Shown here: positions 44,620 to 58,664 of the stretch, piece after piece | Layout of the letters: each line of letters begins with the position of its first letter | How positions within the stretch are numbered: position 1 is the stretch's first letter | Origin: Chrysomallon squamiferum | Taxonomy: Eukaryota; Animalia; Mollusca | Assembly (NCBI GenBank): GCA_012295275.1 | Contig: CM022677.1 | Span: forward strand, 15,500,001 to 15,564,000 | Direction of reading: 5' to 3' | Length of the DNA stretch: 64,000 bases | Made by a program: the position numbers and the translations under genes | Notes under the pieces: generated by a model | What the model was told of the DNA's origin: nothing | The model's database searches: none | The model's input: the letters and a program-made list of their open reading frames with translations, nothing else

Positions 44620-45859
44620 GTCTGTGTGTATGTGTACAGGTAGATAGCCAAACAGACAGACACAGATACACTTTGATAATTCAATACTGAAAAGTATCAA
44701 TAAAATAGTTTAACTTTCAGGGAATTCAAATATTTACAGCAGCTTCTTCTAATGAATATACATGTACAGGCATATATATCTAGCTATCTATATATGTATG
44801 TATGTATTCAGATTTACAAACATAATTCACACAGTTCTCTTAATTCACATATAAATTGCAAATATCATGTTTCCCACAATACACTCCTTTGTAAATACAA
44901 AGAAACACCAATCAGTAAGAGTTAATGGTTCACTTTCAAGACTGTATGCAATTATATATTATGTAAAGAAGCCCTTCGCTTTACATAGGCAGATGACCTA
45001 TAGCAAGTTCATTTTATTCTGCTTAAAGAACAACTTACTATTCTCTGCTTTGAGTTTCCAGAGGCTAATTTCAATTAAATCAGTAGTCTAGGACCGCAAA
45101 GAAACTTTGAGAAACAGGTTTTTACTGTTGTCAGCAACTGAATGTTTGAAAGTCATTAAAAACGAATATAAGAGCTTGGTACAAGACTTTCACTTCTGGA
45201 GATAGACGTGCTTGAAAGATATGAGTATATGTGTGCTGCCTGAAAATTTGGTAGTAATTAAAGGATTATTTATTTATTTATTTATTTTAGATGATACAAA
45301 CGGAAGCGATTCCATATTTTCTTCCATGATTTATGTAATAATCACGTAAGTAATCTTGGAACTATTTTCTTTTTATTAGTTATTTTATTGTAAGATTAAT
45401 TGCATCAGCTTTCCTCTCAGAATATCTGCATGTATCATTTGTACCGCTCATGTATCGCTCAGTCTGTTTGTTTTGTGATTCTGTATATCTACTTTTCTGT
45501 CGGACCGTCTTCAAGTATTTGTGTGTGTGTATATATGTATTATCTATATGTACATATAAAGATGTGCCTGTATCAGTGTATGTAATGCTGTATATCTACA
45601 TATATTGTCTTTTTGATGTCTGTATGCCTTTCTTGTCTGTGTCTGTGTTTATCTATTTCCGTGTGTCTAATAATTCTTTGTTTATCATTTTTATTTCATC
45701 TTTATTTTATCTTTCTTCAGGTTTATCAACACTTTAGTCATCACTGGTTTGCTGTAGATCTACAGACTCCTCAGATATATATAAAAACGGAGATATGAGA
45801 TGTATAAAATAGTGACAACTATCTAAATTATATTCTTGTTTCTTTTTGGGGATTTTATC

Positions 45860-45906
<47 letters not shown>

Positions 45907-47812
45907 TTTGTATATTTATATATGTATTAATATGATTGTATTTATTTTTATTTTTTTTTAAGTTTTTCTAATTATATATCCCTAAATGAAATATATTACA
46001 TATGTATGGTTCTAGAATTTAATTTGTAAGTAAATACAATATTTTATTTAGTGTGAAAGACTGATCTTATAACATTTTGACAGTTATTTTTAGAATAATT
46101 GGATAGAATTTAAAAACTGTTTTACTGGCGGTAATAGAATGTTTGTTAAGCAGATTATAATTATTAGTTACGTAATATATACGAGTTTCTTTTTATCATT
46201 TGTAAGTAAATAGTGAATTAGTATACATCTGCCAAATACTTGTCAGAATTACAAATCAGAAGTAAGTGATCAGTTAGAATGCTGATATCGTTTCAGTACA
46301 TGTCAAACCATTTCAGAAAAGAAGACATTTTTATAAGAAAAGTGTTGGCGCTGGTTGTTAGTATTCTCACAGTTATTAAAGTTTTTAAATATTTATAGAA
46401 TTATTAAAATTCATTGCTAAGTGTGAAGTGTTTTAATGTAATATTTTTTGTTCCAGTCTGTGCCCTGGTTAAAACTAGTTTGGTGTATATTATTTAAATT
46501 GAACGTCGTCTCTGTGAAAAGTGAATGAATCGGACTACGAAGACCTATAAACAGTAAGGAACGTTAAACATATCAGCTTATTTGCATTGCATTTTTTTTT
46601 TTTTTTTTGCTATAGTAGTTTCAGAAACACGTGGGATGATTGCCGGTCTTTGGGGATTTACTGTTTTGCTTGATGTTCGAAGAATCTTCCACAGAATAGC
46701 CACATAAAAAATAAACTATGTCAGAACTTTTGTAGATAATCAGATATAAATCTTGAAACTAAAAGCTGTTATTCATTATTACATATATATAAATATATTA
46801 CTTACATAGTGTTAGAGTTTGAATTTAAAGTAACAATGTATTCTCTGAACAGCATCATGACTGAGAGAACAAGTAGCAATCATCTCGTTTAGCGAAGACG
46901 AAATAAAATTTCTTTTCCTAAAATCTGAGTATTTCCACATTGTTTCACTGATGTATAAGATACAACGTGAACTAAAACAGGATACAACTCAAATCTGTCA
47001 TGTTGACTTATGTCTTCAACACAGTGAGATCTCCTAAAAAACGAAAAAAGAAAAACATTTTAATATGAAATTTGTGTCTTGTGACAAGATTCTACATCGT
47101 ATTGTTTAATAATTCGTTATCGGTTATCTGCCCTTGAAAACTTTCAATAAAGCAGACGACGAAATATTTTACAAACTAAATTACAAACATGTACTCCAAA
47201 GTATATAAAGAATAATAATTAAAAAAAAAGAAGCAAAAAACATTTCAAGAAAGTAATATTCTACCATTACCTGTATATATAAAGGAGTCAACTCTTCGTG
47301 AATCTTAGAATTTACATTTAACTGAAAAAAAACATAAATAACAAATACCGCAAATAAAAGAAAAATCGCGCCTCCCCCGAAATAATATATTATATGAAAT
47401 TATATGAGAGTAATCTCCCTTCACCTATAGTTTCTTTCTTTCTTATGTTTGTGGTGTCCTCGGTGTAAGTCATTGCGCACCACAGAAAATCGCTTACAAC
47501 GAAACAACGTATATAGCTGTATAATGAGTAATAAATGTAAATGTGTAGGTATTTCCAGGAATATCAAATATCAATTTACTATAAACAATATACTATATTA
47601 ATATGTGATAAATAACTAAAATATAAACAATCAAAATAAATACCGTGGAAGCTGTCAAAACCGGATGATTCATTGAGACCAACGTGATATACCGTTTTTG
47701 TCGGAGTGCAGATTTCTAAATATTAAAATAACATAAAACTGGAATATTTTGTTATTACAAATCAGTTGTCAGAGGATAAACAGTCTGTCATTGATGACTC
47801 CTTGTAGAATAA

Positions 47813-48500
47813 AATGTACGTGAAATTATCAGTATTTTTTATGATGCAAAATAGAGGAAAATATAATAAAACATCACGTTATTTTCATTCAGTATCAGTT
47901 CATAATATAAACGTCGCTGGTTTTATGTATTAACGTGAATTAATGTAATCTGTTCTCCTGTTAATCAAATATCACATTTATATGGATCTGACCTTTTATT
48001 TTATAGTGGCATTCAGCGGTGGACTACTAAATTCAGAAATAAATAACTTAATGACTAGATATACAGGGGAACCCTCTGTTGTGAAATATTTTTCTGTAAA
48101 ACTCAATTACAATTTCTTCTCAACAAAAAAAAATATATAAAAAATTAATACTGAACACGTGAGAAGTTACACTTTACTTGAATCACAAAATTTGAGTTTG
48201 CAAAGCAAACGACATTAAAATTAAAATTCACAGATTAGCGAAGTTTTCTGTTTTGTAAAACGCGACGTAATTCACATTTTATATATAAACTAGCGACGTT
48301 TATTGATACTTAGTGAAAATAACGTGAAATTTTGTTATGTTTTATCTCTATTTTGCATCATAAAAAATACTTACCTGAAGCTTCTAAAATATCAGATTAA
48401 ACTAGCCCATCTCAAATACATATATAATGATACATACTATTAATACCCAACATCCATTATATAAATTGTCGGTATTAAAATTAAAATTATATTTTTTTAT
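47813..48500. mobile_element. Foldback/MITE-like element with ~120-bp diverged inverted arms
   Basis: 47830-47945 is reverse-complementary to ~48265-48370 (agtattttttatgatgcaaaatagag versus ctctattttgcatcataaaaaatact). Second copy at 2785-3460. Confidence 0.7.
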
Positions 48501-49796
48501 TTATTAATACTCAAATACGACTTGACTTTTGGAAGAACAAAACTGGACAGAATTTTTACTGAAACACGTGTTATCCAGACAGTCAGCTACACGTCTGCAC
48601 AGCCCGACTTGTCTTCACAAGTTTCACCCAAACGTTTCTTCACAAAACACTCGCCGTTGTATAGGACGAGCAGGTAGCACATTTCTTAAAATATTCTGGT
48701 TGAAATATTAATCACCAGAAAAGTGTAATTAAAAACACAGTCTGTGGTGTAATTATTGAAAATCACCTTCATCGTTCTTCTGCTTAGAAAAAGTACCTTT
48801 CCTAAAATACATATAACAGTTTGTCTGGAAGTAAAAAACGCCTTTTGTTAATAATACGAATCTGGAAATATAACTCGCTATGTATCAATTCTACAGCTAC
48901 TGTTGAAAAAAGGGGTACATAACTCTATATTTCGCTGCAGCATATTATGTTCTGTTTTTGATTCACGGTTTCAGATATTTAGTTTTATCTGTAATAATAA
49001 TGTAATTTTGTTTCTTGTATAATCTCTAATACAGTCTATAAAAAATGACGTTAATCCACAAGCGCGCGCATTAATTCTGATTATCCACTGATCTTCTATA
49101 AAACAAAATATTTGTCTTGCACATTCTGCGTTAGTAAATGTAAGTAATGTATCAAGTTATAAAATGTAATTTTATTAATTTATCCTCTTTTCACCTTTTC
49201 AAGTATAATCCTACATTGGTAATTAAAAAAAATAAAAAAATAAAACTCCAGAAGCCCATTTAATATGTTCAATACACCCCTCTCACCTACATACTAAATT
49301 ATAAAAAAATGTTTTTATTATATGATGTAAATATTTATTTATTTATTTATTTATTATTATTATTATTATTCTCAAATAAGTGTCTCGCTCATTCTCTCTT
49401 TTTTTTTATGTTCTGTTTGTCAATAAAGAGGATTGAAAAGTGGATATCTCCAGTGTACTTGTCTGTGTCAAGCTATAGCTACGTCATAAAATATATTGAC
49501 ATCCAGACTGGAGCGATGATGTTAACGTCTGAAGTGTTATGGATGTTGAGAAGTAAAGAAATCAAACAAAGATTAAAATTTTATTTTCTTCTATTGTTGT
49601 TGTCGATGTCGTTGTTGTTGTTGTTTTATGTGTGTACTGTAGCATTATAGTAAACACTACAGGTGTGATTTTACTGCGAGAACACAGTGTACTTTCAGAA
49701 ATGTAGATTGGGTTTCGGGTTAGCGTGTATTGAAAAATAGAGGAATTGTTTTTTAATTAACAGTATCAGATCATTTTATTTTGCATAACAAATTAA

Positions 49797-49836
<40 letters not shown>

Positions 49837-50535
49837 AATTTTTCTTTAACAGGTATAACGTGTCTAACAAGTTGAATAATGAATCAACGTCTAATAATGT
49901 GTATTATTCTCTTTTTTTTATTAAGATAGTAGAATTGCAGTTGAGAGGTAAGAGGCTAGATTAAGTGTATCTTTCTTAAGTGCATCTACTAGAAAAGTCT
50001 AGAATATAGAGAAACATTAATAGACGTTTTTATTATTAAAAGTAAAGTGAAAAGGCGAAGATGCGCGAGATGAATCTTGTTTATTATAACACAAGTTCTG
50101 TAAACATACATCTCTATATCTATCTATATTATTTAACTATATACATAAACACCGTCTCACTGATATGAACTTTCGTATATAACTATCCTCTAAGGCAAAC
50201 ATTTATACCAAACTATTTCTTTTCTATGTGTGTCTTTCTGTGTGTGTGTGTCTGTGTATGTGTGTGTGTCTCTCTCTCTATCTGTTTATTTGTTGATAAT
50301 TGTTTCTTTATTTATGATGACGACTGCAATACTGACATAACGACATTAACGATAAAAACAACAACACTAATTGCAATAATACTACATAAAATGATAAATA
50401 AAATAGTAATTTGGTCCTCAAATTTGTTGGACTGATTATTGCTATGTAATCATTGTTTACTACTACTAATAATTAGTCCTAATCATAATACAAGTCAAAT
50501 TCAAAATTTCAATAAACTAAACTCCTTGACAAATA

Positions 50536-51011
50536 TCACACAAGAATACATCCACCGGTTCTGCTGCAGCATTCAAATTGAACTGCCGTTTTGACTTTGG
50601 TATCTTCTAATTGTTTTGTTGTTGTAATTTTGCCTCTATAACATTTGCTTTCTTTGCCTTTTCTTCCTCCCCTTCTTCTTTTCTGCCAACTCTTCTTTAT
50701 TCCTCTTGATACTTTCTTCTTCTGTGAATTACTCGGCATACCTCATCCTTTTGATTTTATTGCCCCAAGTGATGGAGTAAAATAAAAAGCATACTTCTTG
50801 CCTAATTATCACATATTAATCAAGTTTCTTCTGCTGAACTTAAAAAACGATTATATTTACCTGTTATAATTTATCATTAACCTTATGTCTATAGCACTAA
50901 AAACATAACACTCACTTTTGGAACCTCAAAATGCAGTATAGCGGCTGCAAGTCATAATATACCTCGGAGGCCAGAATTGCCCTGAGGCCAGAATTACCCC
51001 AACTTATACTA
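50536..51011 (-). mobile_element. Possible 5' end of a DNA transposon (pogo/Tc1-like) with truncated basic ORF
   Basis: Minus strand begins tagtataagttggggtaattctggcctcagggcaattctggcc (doubled subterminal motif), followed by ORF MPSNSQKKKVSRGIKKSWQKRRRGGRKGK. No DDE domain or second TIR seen. Confidence 0.3.
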
Positions 51012-52147
51012 GTTTTAAATAAAATAATTTTAGTGAATTTAGTAAATTCAGTGAATGATCTATATTCAGGAGACTTGAATTATTTTATTTTATTTTTATT
51101 TTTGTTATTTTACTCAACACTCAGTCTTTTTTGTATATTTAACCAACGTGCGTTTTAAATAGAGTTGTTTCTCTTAGACCACGAACTTCTGAAATAGATT
51201 ACTCCTCGCACTGGCGAGATAACGGTAAATTAGATTTGTTGCGTTTAGATGAAAATAACCAATTTTGTATAATGTTTTGTAGCAGACAGAATCAGCTTAT
51301 TAACATTCCCTGTATTTTATTTTTATTTTAACTAGGCAGTTTCCTGTATTTTTTGTTTATTTAACGTGATCTTATTATTTGATGAATTATTGTAAAATTG
51401 CTATTTTATTTAATTTTATTTATTTATTTTATTTATTTATTTCATTTATTTTAGTTGTAAAAGTAGTTAGGAAAGGCACAAGAGATTACAGTTTTTTAAT
51501 ATGAAAAACCATCTTTATTTTGTAAATCATAAAAAGTTCAGAAAGTAGACGTAAAATAATTGTATTTGGAAATTTAAAAACTTCCGTGACCTCACGGAAC
51601 CTTCCGATCGAAATCCAAGATGGTAGGATCGAACGCCGATCAATATTGACACAAGTTTAAACATGTACACTTTATAATGCAATAATTCTACATAGATCAT
51701 TAAAAGTAATTTGGAGAAGTATGTCATATAACTAATGCCTTTTATACATAGATGGCTAATACTCTGTAGCAATTGCTGAAAACATTTTTTTTTTTATTCT
51801 TTTTTTTTTTTTTTGACGTTGACATAATATATCACTACGCACCCATTTCGTATTATCCTCTTTTTTTTTCACTTTTTATTACGACATCGTCAGCCAAGAA
51901 AAAAATAAATAACAAAATTTAAAAATTAGTAAATAAATAAAAATAAAATAAAATAATTGAAATAAAATAAATTAAAATGAAATAAATAATTTTCACTGAC
52001 GCTGGTTGGAAGTATGGATCTATCCATATAGATACACACATACATACATACATATATACATACACACACACGTGTATAGGAATAATAATGTATTTGTATG
52101 TTTAGAAGTTGATTAGCACGTATATGTATATAAAAGGATAAGTAACT

Positions 52148-52189
<42 letters not shown>

Positions 52190-54584
52190 AAGGGTGGATA
52201 GATGGTAGATGATAACACACAGGTAAATTGATAGACAGAAGAAAGGTAGATAGATTACTAGAAAGATAGATAGATGCAAGGAGACATGAGTATATACCTG
52301 TACATCTGTAAGAACGACGGATTCTGTTGCTTATGTATATGGCATAAATAGATAGATAAATAAATATATTTATAGATAGCAACTAGATAGAAAGAATGTA
52401 TTTAAATACTTAAAAAGGATGTAAATAGAGAGAGTGTATACGTACTGTGTCTGTGTGTGTGCGTGTGAGAGCAAGATAGCCTGTGGCTATGTATAACTGA
52501 GAAGGTGAGATAGATTGATATAGTGATAGTTAGACATCGCTTCAGAGATAGATTGATATGTTAGGTAGACAATAATTAGGTACATATATAGATAGATATA
52601 TACAGCCAACATAGATAAATTGATTTGTATATGTCTGTATAAATATATGTGTCAGAGACAAGGGGCATACAAATGTGTGTCAAAGATAGTGTGTTTTTGT
52701 GGATTTTTGAGAGAGTCAGATAATTGATAGAGAGATTAAATATAAATAAATACTTGAGCGAATATATTTATGTGTGTATATATATGTGTGTGTTACAGAG
52801 GGTAGATATAGATGTACGGATGGACACACACACACAAACGCAATCACAGTATAAGTTATATACAACATAAATAGATACACAGATACATGTGTTCATAATC
52901 ATGAGTATTTGTATTTATGGTAGAGGATTGGTACATAACTGAATGTGTGAATGAGAGTATGTTTATATGTGTGTTAGATAGATTATAGATAAATGGCTAG
53001 ACTGAGAGAGACTGACATGTAGGTGTGGTTATATGTGTTTGTGTGTTACAGAGAGATAACAGGTATTGACCTCACTATGAAACAGAGAAGTATGCCATGT
53101 GTGAATGATTTTTCAGAGAATGAGAGATGATTATATAAATAAATATAGATACAGACACACAGACAGAGAGAGGATAGTGATGAATAAATGGTTAGCTAGA
53201 CAGGTAAGGGCACATGTATAAAAGTAAAAAAATCATAGGAGTAAAAAAATCATATTTCTTCATTAAAGTCTGTTTCTATGTTAGAAAGAGGTGAGCAGGT
53301 GCGAGATTAAGCTACACCACAGGTTGACCAATAAAGAGACAGATAGATAGACAAATAGCCAGAGAAATTGATGATGAAATAAAACAAATATATAGATAGA
53401 CTCATAGATAGATAGAAACACGCAGGTAAGTAAGGATGGATGGAGTGTTGGATGGATGAAAGTTTTGGTGCAAAGAAGAATTGGGAAAATAATAAAAGGA
53501 TAAAAAGAGGGAATAATGGACTGAAAGGTTTTCAATTATATAAAAAAATACTTTTCAGACATTATCACATTCCTAACAAATAAGGTCCTCATTGCAGGTC
53601 CATGGATTGAGTGATGTATCAATGGAATTTGGCTTAATATATAAACTGTGTGATGAGGAATATGTGGAGTTCGGAGGGAGGCATGACTGGAAGTACCAAT
53701 AAATTGTTAATGAGAGATTAGTGATTTCTGGTATTGTTTATGAAGAGAACATTAATCTGGAAATCTAGTCTGTGTTTATCTACACTGAAAGCATAGTCTT
53801 CATCTGCTGATTAGAAGGTAAATATGATAAGATAAGAAGTGTCTATAATATGCTCTGTTAAATAGCACATTAATCACAGAACATATAATATCTGGTCAAA
53901 TAAAATAATCCATCTAGAGTAATCTGGAGAGTGACAGAGTAAGAAAGCCAGATTGAAATAGTTATATGTCATAACTTATTCTTAAGTACACATACACTTC
54001 TGTCTCTACTCTGTTGGCCGGTCAGTCTATCTGTATATAGAAAGGGCTTTCTTAGTAATGAGACTGTATTTGAAATTAGAAAAAAGTAGCAATACCCTAT
54101 ATATAGATTGCTAAGATATACGAAGCGGCTAACCACACGAGATTTCTGTCTTCTCAGTATGAACAAAAACTGATATCATTTCTGAAATGAGTTTGAACAC
54201 TTCAAAATAATAAATAAATAGTACAAATTAAAATTTATAAACTATGGTTAATTATGTAATAATGTACATTTTAAAAACAAAATCGGTGCTCAACCTGATT
54301 GCCCGTAAGAGAAAAACACCCCTCCTTAATTTAAAAAAATTAATCTTTACAAATAAGTGAATGTATGTAAGACTGTTATATATGAATGTGTTCTAAAAGA
54401 TTTCTGAATTACTGTTACTGTTATATAAATATATGTTCACAAATGCAACACAGAGAGGAAAACACTTCTTTAATCACCACCACTGATCAAGATATAAATG
54501 ACTGGCATGATTTACATGTTTGTGATGTTTCGTGTTTGAAACGTTTTGTCAACTTTTGTGTTCATCAGTTGTTTTTGCCAGTTC

Positions 54585-55011
54585 ATGCTTTGAGCTGCTT
54601 TTCGCTTCAAGTCAGCTGCAGGTCGTGCTTTTCACGTGGCCCGCTACACACGGAAAGAGGGTGGAGCCCATGGACGTCGGTGTCCTTGCATTGGACGTGA
54701 ACGATCGGGAGAACCAAAGAAATCCACCAGTACAAGAAGAAAAGAAAAATGTTTATTTATTATATAATGTTATCTTTACTTCATTCGCAGTATAGCTGTG
54801 TCTAATATGAAAGTAGAGAATATTTGCGAAAAATAATAATGTTTCAACATATTTTATTAAGATACCTTATATTCAGGTTGTATCCATGGGTTCCCCGAAT
54901 GGGTCAACCTCCATTGGTTGAATGTCTCTGTCGTCGAAGGGGTCAACCTCCATTGGTTGAATGTCTCTGTCGTCGAAGGGGTCGACGTCCATGGGCTCTT
55001 CGAAACGGATT
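54585..55011 (-). other. Small spliced unit: exon encoding PM[DE]VD repeats plus a downstream exon antisense to it
   Basis: tttcag|55011-54866|gtatct reads IRFEEPMDVDPFDDRDIQPMEVDPFDDRDIQPMEVDPFGEPMDTT* (stop 54873-54875), with a 39-bp internal duplication. 54664-54679 is the exact reverse complement of 54983-54998. Confidence 0.5.
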
Positions 55012-55974
55012 CTGAAAATAACAGAACTGCTCAAATACTTTATAGAAACCATTCACTAAATATTTTTAGACGTGAAGAATTAATAAAATAATAGTTGTCA
55101 GATAATGAGATATGTTTGACGAACTCCTTTATTCTTTTTAAATAAAAACATTCGAAACACTATCTATAATTGATTGTTGTTATTTTTATGTAATAATAAA
55201 CATATTTTGACAAGGGTATATTAACAATATAAGAAACAGGAATCATAGCATTAGAGGTTAGAAAGTAATTCATAGAATCAGTTTTCAGTTATCGTTGATT
55301 ATCTAATCTAAAAATAATCTAGCACAACCTCACTGTGAATAAAACAATATGTCCAGTTTGGACTTAAATATGTTAATAATATAAACATTAAACCTACACA
55401 AATGTAACCTTCATCACTTGCAGATGGAAGTCAATATATAAAGTAAAAAGGTAGGAAAGTAGAGTCAGAACTAACTCGAATGCGCTAATCTTCAATATCG
55501 CCAACTGTATCTATGTAAACAAAGCATTGATGACGTCATAGACCCGAACGTAAAAACGAAGTTAGCCGAATATTAATTTTTATTTTCAACTCCGATCGAT
55601 ATAAAAATAAACATTATAAAACACCGAGTGTACGCTTAGTATCAATTCTAATTTGTAAGCACGAAATCTTCAGTGATTTAAATCTTATTATAATTTATTT
55701 GTTAACTATTGTCATCAATAATAATTTTTTTATTGTCGAAGTAATTCATGTTATTTTAGGTTTCTACCGCAAAGATATGTTTTACTATTGAAACCGAAAC
55801 AAAACCAAGAACCGAGATGTCCGATTATTGTAATAAATTGATCTAAATTTCAATGATTATATTTACTGATCACCATGTTCACATTCTTCACGTTTATGAT
55901 GTTTCGTAAATAACATAGTGTTTTAATAATTATTATCAGCTTTATATTCATCGGATGGGTTTTTTATCAGTTTG

Positions 55975-56260
55975 TGGTCTGAGCTGCTTTTCGCATCATG
56001 TCAACTGTCATGCCGTGCTTGTTGGACCACTACACACGGGAAGACGGTTTTGCCCATGGACACCCATGGAGGTGACCCATCCGTAGGAAGAAAGAAATCT
56101 ACAAGAAGAAAGAAAATGTTTACTTACTTATAATTATTTCACTGGCTAGTATAGCTACGTTTGGTATAAATGTAGAGAATATTTGTGAAATATAAATAAT
56201 CTTCTATATTTACATACCTTTCATTCATCTTTCGTATCAGGATGTATCCAAGGTTCTGTT
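55975..56260 (-). repeat. Diverged, 5'-truncated paralog of 54585-54895
   Basis: Shared blocks tgagctgcttttcgc, ctacacacgg, gcccatggac, tacaagaagaa, gtatagct, gtagagaatatttg. Canonical aag|gtatgt...ttcttgtag| intron at ~56217-56099. Confidence 0.75.
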
Positions 56261-57522
56261 TTCTACTCAAAATAAGGCAAATTTCTTGGCTCAGCTAAAA
56301 CTATCAAGTATTTTACCAAGTATTTTGCTAGATATATATAAAATTGAATTTATTAATGTGGAGGTGATATATGTTTGAAATAAATATCTAAGAAAACACT
56401 CTTAATAATTAGAGCTATTTGCTATGTGGAAGATCTATGTGGCTGATAAAAGGCCAGTTTGAATACGTTCATTCATACAGAAAGTTGTAAATTTCGTAGC
56501 GTGGGTTTTCAAAATTAAATACTGCTACAAATAATTTTATAATGACTTAAGCATTTTAATATACAATTGTTAATAATAACAACAAATAATTATGACAAAG
56601 TAACAACAAATAATAACAATAGCAATAACAGTAATAAAAATAATATAATAATTTTACTATTATCATTATTCATTATCATTTCTTAATTACAATAAAAAGA
56701 AAAATTTTAAAAATGCAAATGTGCTCCGTGTGAAACTAGCAGAGAAAGACAACAGTAGAAACTGTAGATAAATGGCTATAAGAGATAAACTGTTTTATTT
56801 GTGTAATAAATGGTAAGAGTAACACTAAATTTCAGTCACAATTAACAGATAAACAAAGAAACAAGAAGAATAACATGTTAACAGTTGTATAAAACTTTAT
56901 TGAAATAATTTGTTCATTCGGCACAAGTTTGAATGACAGATCTTTGAACTGCTGGTTATTACTATAAACAGAAAAACAAAACAAAGCAAAAAAAAACAAC
57001 AAAAATAAAGAACAAGAAAATCAAAACAAAACAAAATACGAACAAAACCCGCCCCAAGAAAATGTAGTATACTTATTAACAGAACCTTAAAAACGAACGT
57101 TAGCAGAACACAATTATTTATAATACATTTATTTTTTGTTATAACCTTATAATAACCAGTTTGTATTATCACAATTTGCATAATGTTAATGTAATATACA
57201 TTAGTAATGTACATTTCAGTATAACTGTCTTCATGTTTTTGCATAATGCTAAATATACTGTACTTTATATTAATGTTTTGGCTCTTAATAATATTGTTTT
57301 GATATAATGGTTCCTCATAATGATTTTCTATAATAGTAATTATATTAATATTTAACATTTTATTTTAATATTAGCACATGAGCAAAGGATGTTTTATAAT
57401 GTTCTTACTAAGTATTTTCATTTCATTCATTTAGGCTGACTATATCAATATACCAATACAACTAAAATATCAAATAAATGATCACATGGTGTATTTCTTT
57501 TTATCTTTCTTTGTTGCTGACA

Positions 57523-58035
57523 TCAGACAGACGTCTCTGTGGAATTTCTGTTTGGTTTCAGATATCTTTGTCTTCTTCTGTCTCTAAATAACTCGTTTTG
57601 TGAGGAAGATCTGTCTGCTTTATCTTGATGTCTCTCTGTGTTTCCAACATTAGAAACAGTCTCTGGGATATTTGGCATGGTGGTTGTGGTATTTGCAGAA
57701 CAAGGCACACTGTTTGTGGCATGTTGCATTGTATTAGTGGTACGTGGACTAGTATTTGTAATATTTGTGTTTGTGGTATATGGTGTGCTATCAGGGGCAG
57801 TTTCAGAATAAGGAGGAGGTAACTCGTTTTGATATGATGACAAAGTCAAATCTGCCAACAGAAAATGAAACAAAAGTAAACATAAATGTGGTAATTTTTA
57901 ATGAAAATAACAATCATTAACACTGTTTATGTCACACATATTTTTATACCGTGTTTAATTATTTGTATACCTTTTCACACATTTATAGACAATGTAGTAA
58001 ACTGCCAGTGACTCATTTCATACTGACACATATAA

Positions 58036-58084
<49 letters not shown>

Positions 58085-58115
58085 ATAACTGTAAAGGAAA
58101 GCACTCAACATCACA

Positions 58116-58163
<48 letters not shown>

Positions 58164-58617
58164 GAAATTACATATCTATTTCTTTTGTAATGTTAACCAT
58201 TAATCATTTCCTATTCAGTATTTAACATTTACATACAATTATTATTAAATTATTATTAAGTTAACAACCATACATTAATTACAGAGAAAACATAACAAAT
58301 ATCTTATTATATATAAACATAATACTAGAAAAACAGATCTGCATACCTGATTGAAAGCTGTCATTAGGGAGACCAGGGTAGGGGGGAGGTGCCCCTAGAT
58401 CAACCTGGTCAGTGGAATCAATAACAAAGACAGGAGACATGAAGCAGACGGTGCTGTCACTACGGTTGACGGTTTGTGTGTGGTTTTGCTGTCGACGTCT
58501 GACAATAAGTACTGTAACTGTAGCAACGGCAGCTACAACAGCAAAACTTCCAAAAATACATCCTGTGACTAATCCAATGAAAGAGCTGTTTTCTTTATGG
58601 GCAGTAGAAGAAAAAAA

Positions 58618-58664
<47 letters not shown>

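Noticed and set aside
51585-51645. B-box-like gttcgatcc on the minus strand as a tRNA gene
   Set aside because: No A box or cloverleaf; at most a SINE fragment.
54824-55015. Plus-strand ORF with a GQPPLVECLCRRR repeat
   Set aside because: Splice signals conserved with the paralog are on the minus strand; the plus ORF is likely the antisense shadow.
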